A stretch of DNA of 64,000 nt from Chara braunii. Taxonomy: Eukaryota > Plantae > Charophyceae. Position numbers and translations under genes: made by a program. How positions within the stretch are numbered: the stretch's first letter is position 1; each line of letters starts with the position of its first letter. Of the stretch, positions 49,123 through 64,000 are shown in pieces. The notes under the pieces were generated by a model. It made no database searches. It saw only the letters and a list, made by a program, of their open reading frames with translations, and was not told where the DNA came from. Location of the stretch: assembly GCA_003427395.1 (NCBI GenBank), contig BFEA01000028.1, positions 2,395,112-2,459,111 on the forward strand. The letters run 5' to 3'.

Positions 49123-49198
49123 TAAACAATGGTCCGTCTCTGCCCTCCTCAATGTTGGTAAGGAGTGCTGGTCGATGTCCAAATCTGTGCTCACACGA

Positions 49199-49263
<65 letters not shown>

Positions 49264-49288
49264 NNNNNNNNNNNNNNNNNNNNNNNNN

Positions 49289-49360
<72 letters not shown>

Positions 49361-51226
49361 AGGTATGGGTCTGGCTGTGTGGAAGCCCGGTGGTGGGCAT
49401 CCCTCATGGTTCATTGACAAGCTACGAGCTCAAACCCAATGAAACTTGCAACTTTTGTTCAAGACTCCAAGATTGAAAGGGAAGGAAAAGGAGGGAGGAA
49501 CATGGGAGACAGGGTACAGGAGAATGCGGCGCAAGCATGCTGTAATTGCGTGGAATGATCGGATCAAACAGTTCTGTCAGTAATTTGTGTTGCACGCTTG
49601 AGCATTGCAGGACCATAACTTTCTCTGATCAGTTTTTGTCAACTATCCCATTGATTATGGGAAATCAAACCAATTGCACGCAGGATTGAACGAAGTAGTG
49701 GAAAACGAGTCAGATAATTAATCCAATCAAACCAATGAGAGAACGAGTCAGATAATTAATCCAATCAAACCAATGAGAGAATGATCAATCAAACCTATGG
49801 GATTAAGCAATGCTTATTCCATGTCATTGTTTAATCAGATTATCAACCTGTCTGTTTAACAGTAAATGGCCTGGGAGGTAATCAATTGATCAAGCAAGTC
49901 TACATGTCTCCATCTCTTTCTCCATATCCTATCCTAAGTAATCGAGACCATCGACCCCAATAACATAATTCGGGTCACAGGTTTGTTGGTTCGGCCCGCA
50001 TTGTCCATGTGACCGTCACTGTTCGTCTCATACGTAGGGAATCAATATAATTTGGGGTCCATTGACATCCTTCTGTCATGTAATTCGTGTCCAGGCGAAT
50101 GAACTGCAAATATATGGTTACCTTTGCAATAAGTTTAACCAGTCTAATTAATAAACCAGTCAATACATCAAGCAGGAGTAATTCATCTGCTCGACGATGA
50201 ACTGCGAGTGTATGTCAATCTTCTCAATTGATTAACCAGTTACATTTGTCAACTGCTCAATCCATCAAGCAGGAGTCATTGATTAACTGCTCAAATGACA
50301 GACAGAGGAAGAGAGGAAAGGATATACCTAATCCACACGGGCCACGTAGAGTATTTGAGAGCAGAGGATCCGAATGGAGGAGAGGAATGAGTGGAGTAAG
50401 ATGGAAAAAGAGAGGTGGCAGACAGGATAAGGAGAGAAGGGTGGGGGAAAGTAGATTGGTGAGAGGAAGATCGGGAGGGGGGTTGGGGGTGCAAGTTGAA
50501 AGATGGAATTGGACAGGTGCTACGCAGTGTTGGAGAGCAGGAGCTCGGAGAGGATCCGAACGGAGGAGAGAAAGGCGTGCAGTAAGACGGAAGACTCGTG
50601 ACAAGGAGAGAAGAGGGTGTGGGAAAGTAGATTATCGAGGGGAAGTTCGGGTTGGGCAAGTTGAGGGAGGGCATTTGACGATTGTTAATGACTGGATGCG
50701 CCCCCTAGAGCGAGAGCGAAAGAGGGATGGAGAGAGGGGAGAATAGCAAGAGAACGGGAAGAGTGAGGGAGAAAGAGATGGTGAGAGGGATAGGACAGAG
50801 AGATATCCCGGTGGGATAGTAATCTTCGGGCCACTATCTTCTGTTCATGGAGACATGCCCTTCGGCACTCCCAAGTCCCGCCATAGATGATTCTAAATGT
50901 TATAAGAACAAGTGGACGCACCGCAGCTACGCTGCNNNNNNNNNNNNNNNNNNNNNNNNNNNNNNNNNNNNNNNNNNNNNNNNNNNNNNNNNNNNNNNNN
51001 NNNNNNNNNNNNNNNNNNNNNNNNNNNNNNNNNNNNNNNNNNNNNNNNNNNNNNNNNNNNNNNNNNNNNNNNNNNNNNNNNNNNNNNNNNNNNNNNNNNN
51101 NNNNNNNNNNNNNNNNNNNNNNNNNNNNNNNNNNNNNNNNNNNNNNNNNNNNNNNNNNNNNNNNNNNNNNNNNNNNNNNNNNNNNNNNNNNNNNNNNNTC
51201 TCTTTGTCTGTCTCTCTCTCTCACTC

Positions 51227-51257
<31 letters not shown>

Positions 51258-51277
51258 GACTCTCTCTCTCTCTCTCT

Positions 51278-55240
<3,963 letters not shown>

Positions 55241-56159
55241 GCCGACACCAACCCCCCCCCGGGGCGCGGCGCGAAAAAAAACGGTAGCGAAAAAAGAGCC
55301 CGTTCATAAAGTCGCGCCGACACCAACCGCCCCCGCCAAAAATGGCAGTAAACAGAAAACCCCGCCAGGCCCACGAAGCCGTCCCAACACCAACCCAAAA
55401 AAAAAAAAACGGCCCTTAACAAAAAACCGCGCCGGGCCCAAGGTGCACCGGGCCCAGGCGGGAAAGGTCTCAGCGGGACGCGTCACGCGAGACCCGCGTT
55501 TTGCTTTAGAGTATTAGGGAAAAAGAAGAAAGAAAAAAAAGAAGACGAAATATTGTCTGTGTGATTTTACTACACCCTATGAGTGCTCCGTCTCTATCGT
55601 GTTCTTTTTTTTTTTTTCCGCCTTGGTGTGCTGTTATGCTGTCGTCTCTTCAGGTCTGGAAGTCCTATCACTCTGTTGCTATCATAGGTTTTTAATTTTC
55701 ACCATTCTATTGGTGGGAAGGTTGCCAGACCTGTTGCCTCTCTCCTCTTTCATATCTCGCCCGTCCTACCATTGGTGACGCCAACACCTAATGCTCGTCA
55801 GCTCTGCATCGAAATCAAATGCAGAATTGATGATCCCATCTGAATGATTTTAATCAAGTTGAGATGTTTGTCAATTCCACAACCAATCCTCTCAGTCAAG
55901 CCTTCACTAATCCAGATAGTGAATGAATTGATTGCGATGGATGAATGGATTAATTAAATCCGGTGAACAATTGGTTTCATGGGTTGATTTTTCCTCTGCT
56001 GTTTTTTTCGTACTCATGACCATCATCAGGTATTAATTTAATGAACTGATCCACATGCTGCACACAGCATCTGATTGTCATCGCATTTCATTATCGTACT
56101 TGAATCAAACGATGAACTCTGTTCCACACAATAGGCATTGTTCAAAATGTCGCTCCAGC

Positions 56160-56880
56160 CATGGTAGCCGGCGTTCGGCCAGGGCTGAACGACTGAACCT
56201 GGACGCCCGATCGTTCGGGCCCCCCTGTAGACCTGTTCGCCCGAACGCGGACCCAAAAAAAAAAGAATAGAAACCAAAAATCTGAAAAAAATATATGTTA
56301 TGCAGAGAAATAAACTGAACAACATTTGCCTCAGCATTACATCGAAATTCTTTACCAAATTTGGAATAAAAACAAAATACGGAAAAAATAATAATAAAAA
56401 AATAAGAAAAAATGAAGAGTTAAAATCAGTGTGTGGGCGGGCACGTTTTGAACACCGCCAGCTTTGGCGATTTTTCCTTTTTTTTTGGCTTAGTCAAATG
56501 CCCTGAGAATTTATAGATCTGTATCTCACATGATACAAGACTCATAAAAAAAAATCAGAAATTAAATTGTTTAGGCCCTGAAATAAAGCTAAAAAAAAAG
56601 TGAAAGGAGAAAAAGAAACAAAATAGTGAGTGGGTGAGCACGTTTTGACACCGCCATCTTTGGCGATTTTTTAAATTTATTTATGGGATAACCAAATGCC
56701 TTCAAAGTTATGTACCTCACATCATAAAGAACTCACAAAAAAAATTCAAAAATGAAAATTTTTTAGGCCCCGAAATATTTTTTGGCGGGGGCTGAACCCC
56801 TTCAGGTTCGGACCCCGAACGGGGCCTGAACGCATGCAGGTCTGCGCAGGGGCCTCCGTATGTACGGGCTGGTAACCTTG
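56160..56880. mobile_element. hAT-like MITE (721 bp)
   Basis: Imperfect 13-bp TIR CATGGTAGCCGGC / GCTGGTAACCTTG with a perfect 8-bp TSD gctccagc. Confidence 0.85.
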
Positions 56881-57478
56881 GCTCCAGCAGTATTCTTCCT
56901 TTCCTCTTTCACTTTCTCACTGCATCTCTCTCTCTCTCTTTCAATGCAGGTAGAGAGGGTTGTTTCTTGCTCGTCCGCTCTTGAGAGACGGAACTCAAAG
57001 AGCCGAGGGAGATGCAGTCTCGCCAGCTGGTGATTTTAACGGAATACGGAATATCCAATTAAACCTTCAAAAAATAAACAAAAGATGGGGCCAGCGGCCC
57101 AGCTCAGTTGGTTGAGCACGTAAGTGGTATTCAGGAGGTTGGTGGGTTCGATTCGCCATGGCATCCATTGGACTCCCCACGACCTCTTGCTGCACACTTC
57201 GGGCCACCGCCTGACATAGATGCCCCCCCCCTCCTCCCCCCCCCCTGGTCTCCTCTCCAACGCTAGGGGTTAGCTTCAACCCTGAGGGGACCGGCTCAAC
57301 TGGGAAGGCTCAACGCTTAGAGGATAGGTGGGCTGGGATAGACTGGGGAGGAAAGTGTCCCGTAGGTGCAATAGAACAAAAGAAACAAAAGATTCAACCC
57401 CTGGCATCAAGAAAAGTTAGGTTCATCGATAAGATAAAAGGAAAAAAGAGAGATTCAACCCCTTGCATCTCAAAGAAT

Positions 57479-57571
<93 letters not shown>

Positions 57572-58221
57572 NNNNNNNNNNNNNNNNNNNNNNNNNNNNN
57601 NNNNNNNNNNNNNNNNNNNNNNNNNNNNNNNNNNNNNNNNNNNNNNNNNNNNNNNNNNNNNNNNNNNNNNNNNNNNNNNNNNNNNNNNNNNNNNNNNNNN
57701 NNNNNNNNNNNNNNNNNNNNNNNNNNNNNNNNNNNNNNNNNNNNNNNNNNNNNNNNNNNNNNNNNNNNNNNNNNNNNNNNNNNNNNNNNNNNNNNNNNNN
57801 NNNNNNNNNNNNNNNNNNNNNNNNNNNNNNNNNNNNNNNNNNNNNNNNNNNNNNNNNNNNNNNNNNNNNNNNNNNNNNNNNNNNNNNNNNNNNNNNNNNN
57901 NNNNNNNNNNNNNNNNNNNNNNNNNNNNNNNNNNNNNNNNNNNNNNNNNNNNNNNNNNNNNNNNNNNNNNNNNNNNNNNNNNNNNNNNNNNNNNNNNNNN
58001 NNNNNNNNNNNNNNNNNNNNNNNNNNNNNNNNNNNNNNNNNNNNNNNNNNNNNNNNNNNNNNNNNNNNNNNNNNNNNNNNNNNNNNNNNNNNNNNNNNNN
58101 NNNNNNNNNNNNNNNNNNNNNNNNNNNNNNNNNNNNNNNNNNNNNNNNNNNNNNNNNNNNNNNNNNNNNNNNNNNNNNNNNNNNNNNNNNNNNNNNNNNN
58201 NNNNNNNNNNNNNNNNNNNNN

Positions 58222-58284
<63 letters not shown>

Positions 58285-59740
58285 GTTGTAGAACCGAGTG
58301 CGGAGAGTTTTCGAGCAAGCTTGAAACCATGTTCGCATCGAAGTTTGTGCTGGTGATCAATCTCGCATGTAAGATCAGCTCTGTAAGATCGAATGGATGG
58401 AATGTGAGTGAGAAATTCAAAGGTGCACAGCGAAGAACTTCTCCTGTTCTTTGTAAATTCACTGTGCAAAGCCAAGTTTGCACGTTAGCATACGAGTGAG
58501 AAGCCTGCCTGTTTGAAGCCAAGTTACAGGCCAAGTTCGCACGTTGGTTGGTGGTTCAAATTGAGTCCGCAATGAGGATCCCTTGAAGGTTCACCTCAAG
58601 TGAGACTTTTGCAACGGAGTTGCCCGCAAGTTTGGATTCAAGTCGGACACTTATATTCATAACAAAGCTGGCATGTAAGATCACAAGGAAGCTAGGGATG
58701 CACACGTTGGCCGCAAGTGTGTGTGTGTCCCTCTCTCTCACACACACGCATGGGCAAAATTGTGAGTTTCCTTGTGATCTTAGTTGCCCAATGTGCGATG
58801 TGTGTGGATTAATGAACTTTGTGTGCTCCCACACAGTTTGGAGTGCAGGAGGCACACTGAAGTGTTATGGGAGGTGGGGTTGACTGTGTGCCCATGCCTG
58901 CTCGCTAGGGCGTTCAGAAGGCGGCGAGAGGTTGGTGTTTGCAGCCCTTAGGCTGCGGTATAGTGGGCTTCCGCGTCTGTGTCAAGGTGTCGCATTTTTG
59001 GCGGCTGGCGACCAGGATGAAAGTGGGTTCTTAGGGGGCAAAAAAAATTGGGGGACCGGTCCTTGGCAAAATTGCGGACTACCTACAGCTAGCTCTGGTA
59101 GAACCGGGACTTTTGGAAAAAGGAAGGACCGGTCCTCAGGTGGAAGTGGACCCCAAAAAGAAGTGGGGGGCGTTGGACCGGTCCCCGGGTAGAAGTGGAC
59201 CCCAAAACGAAGTGAGGGCATGTGAACTGCAAAAGGGCCCTCAGGCCCAGGCATTGAGCCCCGTCTTCTCAAAACAGGGAGGTCAGGCACAACGAAATAG
59301 GCGTTTTGCAAGAGGCAACTTTGGCGATTTTCTGTGCTCGGACAAACATGCACAAAAATCTGAAATTTTGAGAATCCGTAGATGAGGTCGTGTTCTTTCC
59401 AGAAATAATAATAGAACATTTACAAAATATCATTTACACTGTGAAATAATCGTCACGACGATTCGGCACATTTTCCATTTTTGCCACTCAGCCATGCCTG
59501 GGCTAACTAAAATAATACTCCAAATTCAGTGAGCTTTCACGCTTAGAAGAATGCGTGAAAAAACCTGAAAATTGGAGTACTCATAGATTTTGTTGTGATC
59601 TTTCCAGGAAAAACGCTAAATAAATTTTAAAAAATCATTCCAACTGCAAAATAGATCGCAGCCGCAATTTGACCAATATTTCAATGTTGCCATTCAGTCT
59701 CTCTCTCTCTCTCTCACTCGTATCAACAAACGGAACAAAA

Positions 59741-59776
<36 letters not shown>

Positions 59777-61410
59777 TGTGTTAGCTCTTAGTCTCATTGA
59801 TTTGGCTACCTTAGGGCTGCGTTCCCCGCGCCCACGCGGTAGACAATAAATGTGAGTGACCAGAGGGAGGAAAGTTGGGGGTTGGCTCTGTGTGTCCATG
59901 ACTGCATGCCAGTGCGTCCAGAAGGTGGCAACCCCCGTAGATGGGGAAGCAGGGGTTACCCTAAGGAAGCAGAACGATGATGATGTAAGGTGGGGGGTGG
60001 GTTCTGTGAGCTCCAAAAAAAAAACAAAACGGAAGGCGGTGTAAATAAGAGTGGCCATAGGGAGGAAATGGGGGTCGGCAGGTGAGCTTGGAGGGGGGGT
60101 TGGCTATGTGTGTCCATGGCCGCATGCCAGAGTGTTCAGAAGGCGGCGGGAGGTTGGTGTAAATGAGAGTCGCCAGAGGGAGGAAAGTGGGGGTCGGCAG
60201 GTGAGCTTGGATGGTTTGAGGCGGTGGCAGCAGGCAGTCGCTTTTGGGGGCTGACAGTCCTATGCCAATCTCTCTGTGTCTCCCCTTCCCCTCTGTGTGA
60301 TGTTGGTTTGGGTTCTTCATAAAGCCGTGAAAGGTGCGGAAGGGGGGGAAAGTGGTGCGTGGGCTCAAACGTTGGGAAGGCAGTGCTAGACTGGGGTAGG
60401 TGGGGTTAGCGGAAGGCAGGAGAGATGGGGGGTTGACATGCTAGAGAGGTTGTGGGAGGTGGCAGCACGCGGATGAAACAGGAGGATGGCAATCACTTGC
60501 CACACTTTCTCTCTCTCTTTCTCTCTCCCACTCTCTCTTTCTCTTCTTCTCTCTCACTGATCTCGCCCGGATGCTACGGAAGGGTGGGGAGGCAGTGGGA
60601 GGTAAAATGACTTGTAGACTCAGACGTTTGGAAAGTGGTGTTAGATGGGGGGAACTGGCGACTAGCTGCAGTAGGGGAGCGATGGGCGAACATGAATTTG
60701 CAATTCCGATACAATGGCAGTCGCTGCACCTCTTTGTCCTAGCATGTGGAATCCATCTCCCGTTTGACACCTGTGTGGGCCATGCCTTCCGACGCAGTGA
60801 CTTTAACTGCGGGGATTGGATGCAGTATTTCCACAGGGCACACACGAACTGGTTTTGTCCATTCTGTGCCGGTGGCCACTCACCGTAGGCCTGACCCTTG
60901 AGTGGGCACTGGCTTCTGGCGGTCTGTTCACTGTCTCTGTCTTTTGCACTTTTTCCACACCTCTCTCTTTTCCTTCTCTCCCCTCCTGTGTCCTGTGCAG
61001 AACTGCCATATGAATAAGAATGAGCATCATGTAGAGAACAGACTAAAAATAACATTCAAGTGGCGAACTGGTGTGGTACTGTGTACACACACTGCGCTCA
61101 AGTACACAGACGTGGCAGGCGTTCCACATCTCAAACACAGCAGTGAAACGGCTGTTTTGCCAAAACATCGTTTGACAATATTACATGGCTGGACTGTCCG
61201 AAACATGATACCTATGGGACATGGTGGAGAACGGGGTACTGTGATGATTGTTTAAAACACACACACATACTTTGTGCTCAACCATGCAAACAGAGCAAAA
61301 TTTGAGCTCATTTTGTTGCGGTGGAGTTTGGGAGGATTTGGGTTTGATGTTTTGTCCTTACCCCACAGCGTGTGTGCACATACAACACAGAGGCACAAAC
61401 GCAGACACAG

Positions 61411-61504
<94 letters not shown>

Positions 61505-63715
61505 ATGTATGGAGGAATATTCCGGCCATTCATAGCTGGGTGGTCTGTTCCGTCTACCTTTGCTGTGTATGCATTGCATTAGAGCATGACATGGTTCTGC
61601 TTCACTATGTAGCAAGGCCCTACATCAGTGTGTCTATTGCTAGTATTGCCTTGATTGTTAGGACAGATTGCCAGTATGGGGGGGACAGTACTGTATTTGT
61701 GTGTCAGTCTAGCTATTCCTCAACGTCCGTGGAATACATCCTTGTTATTTTGTGGTGTGTTGCTCAGCGATTAGGGCCTTGCCTTTGCTGACAGTTCTGT
61801 TGGATACACCTTATTGCTCCAAGATATGTCTGGGCAACAGGCCAAAATTCCATGTCTATTGTGATGGAATCGTTTAAGAAAATTTGAGTGAATTCATAAG
61901 GCTACAAGTGAAACATTGCTTCAGGGACTTCTCTACTCTTACAAGATACATTGGTTGGGTTCCCAATCAATTGTCTTTTCTCCTTCATTGAACTCAGGTG
62001 CACCTTTTGAAAAGGCCCAGCATTAGATAGGTGCGCCTTTTGACAAGGCCCATCATTAGATTGACAGGGCCTTTGAGCCCATGCTCCGGAAACAGTTTCT
62101 ACTTTTCACAGAAGTCAAAGCTGTCCCGGGGTGCTTCATTGGCCAACCTGCCTTCCCCACCCAACTGCCACTTTTGTAGACCCAGGTCTTCCTTCCCGCA
62201 CATCCATGATGCAATGGAAGTGATCTGGACAGTCGCCGGTCAGAACCTGCTGTAGTGCGCAAGTATAACAAATCCATGTTATCCTGTATTTGAGTATTTG
62301 ATGGAGTTAAAAGGCTGTAGTGGTACACGTTTCACATCTGTAGCTCTCCCTCGTGAGCCTGTCTGTAGCTGTAGTGACAACTGAATGGACCTCTCTCAAA
62401 AGCGTAGTCAAAGACAGTGGTGATTCTAGTCATTTGGTGAGCGGGAGGTGAATCCTTTTTTCAAAACTTCCCACTTTGCCAAGGAAAGTGGGTTGGGAAA
62501 GCTCCCAGATGTAACACATCTGCTTCACATATACCCTGTTATCACACCAATTTTCGTCCTCCGCACTATTGAGCGGTGGGTCCCTTTCCCAGCTATTTTG
62601 CTCTGACGTGGCAGTGAACACACCTCATTAACAGGGGTTCAGGCTACCGAAATGGCTGGTGGCGCTAGGCCCAAAAAAAATATTTTGTGCCCATGTCGTT
62701 TCATTATTTTTTTGCGCCCAGCAGCAATCTGGGTCGGGAAAAAGAGAGTCCCGGAGCGACTGGGTGGGTTTTTTAATCCGCTTTTGGTTAAGTGCCCCGT
62801 TGTGGGAGTGTTACATGTCGGATTTCTCGCACACTCGAGGTCTGATGTTAATGCTCGAGGAAAACATGAGCAAAATATTTGGTGGTTTGAGGCGTTCTCT
62901 CTCTCTCTCTCCCATGAGTGCACACTCATGCACTCGCAAAGACGTGTTCTCACCATTTCTCTCTACCGTGGCCATCTATTCTCTCACTAGTAGGCACTTC
63001 TACATTCGCACACACATGCCCACTCTTTTGTTTTCTCTCTGACTCACGACCATGTACTCGTCCACTCATCCTCTCGTGCACTCATGCAGTTGTGCACATA
63101 AACATGCCCCCTTCCTCTCGCCCTCTTTTACGTGGGCTACTGTGGGAGCTTGTTGGTTGGACACACATGCGCACTCGCCCTCTTCTACACTCACACACAC
63201 ATGCCCACTCTTTTGATTTCTCTCTAACTCATGACCATGTATTCCTCCACGCATCCTCTCATGCACTCATGTGGTGGTGCACATACACACGTGCTCTCAC
63301 CTTCTTTTCCTCTCTTGTTTCTTTTGCTCTGTCCTTCCTCAGCAACAGGAGGCCGAAGGCCGAGTTGTAGTTTTACTTGGGCTACTGTGGGAGCTTGTTG
63401 GTTGGACACACATGCACACACACTCTCATTCCCTCCATGAGAATGATATGTCATGGCTAACGAATGATGTGCGACGTGATTAACAACAATATCATATATC
63501 CCTGCGACTGTCAGCACAATGTTTTCTCTCCGATGACCAATGGTTTTAGTGATGTGATGACTACCTGTGGGGGGGAGTGGTAGCTTGATTTGCAGGCAAG
63601 ACAGGGAGAGTGTCCAGGTCAATGGACAATCCTTTGCATCAATGGGGAGAATGTGGGAGGAGTCATGCTATGTGTTGCATGTGTTGGGGGGAAGGAGAAT
63701 ATTTTTGAGGGGGAT

Positions 63716-64000
63716 GGGGGTGTTCCCGGGTGCTTTGCATGCATGAGGTGCAGGAGGTGGAGAGTAAATGGTGTGAGATGCTTTGCATGTGTAAGGGCAG
63801 GAAGAAGAANTGGGGGTGTTCCCGGGTGCTTTGCATGCATGAGGTGCAGGAGGTGGAGAGTAAATGGTGTGAGATGCTTTGCATGTGTAAGGGCAGGAAG
63901 AAGAAGAATTGTTGGGGGTGTTCCCGGGTGCTTTGCATGCATGAGGTGCAGGAGGTGGAGAGTAAATGGTGTGAGATGCTTTGCATGTGTAAGGGCAGGA
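63716..64000. repeat. ~100-bp tandem repeat, 3 near-identical copies running off the window
   Basis: Unit gggggtgttcccgggtgctttgcatgcatgaggtgcaggagg...gggcaggaagaagaa. Confidence 0.9.

Overview
This is a eukaryotic, repeat-dominated window. The GA/CA microsatellites, poly-G runs, decayed L1-type LINEs and plant-type gene suggest a streptophyte alga such as Chara (inference, not established). There is one host gene: the first coding exon (39198-41611) of a homologue of the plant 'stress response NST1-like' protein (AT3G51640/AT3G51650 family, recognised from memory), followed by what is probably a very long intron. Positions 1-37 kb are a nest of mobile elements. The main observation is a family of large, mostly non-coding insertions, called family A here, with five copies: A1 <1-8348, A2 10411-18083, A3 23353-30225, A4 31135-~32705 and A5 ~33076-34644. 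They have TGTC...GACA ends and 4-bp CpG-centred target-site duplications, but no LTR pair and no long TIR. Their interiors contain RNA-like hairpin modules with compensatory base changes, including a 10-unit array with a fixed ATCTTA hexaloop. Copy A3 also carries two intact type III hammerhead ribozymes 282 nt apart and a decayed spliced ORF of unknown function. Also present: hAT-like MITEs, a TIR-less ~0.48 kb element with 8-bp TSDs, minisatellites, several N gaps (10712-11096, 39600-39668, 45894-45954, 49264-49288, 50936-51198, 54652-54962, 57572-58221) and an assembled Nextera mate-pair adapter (47180-47217). All alignments and folds were done by eye.
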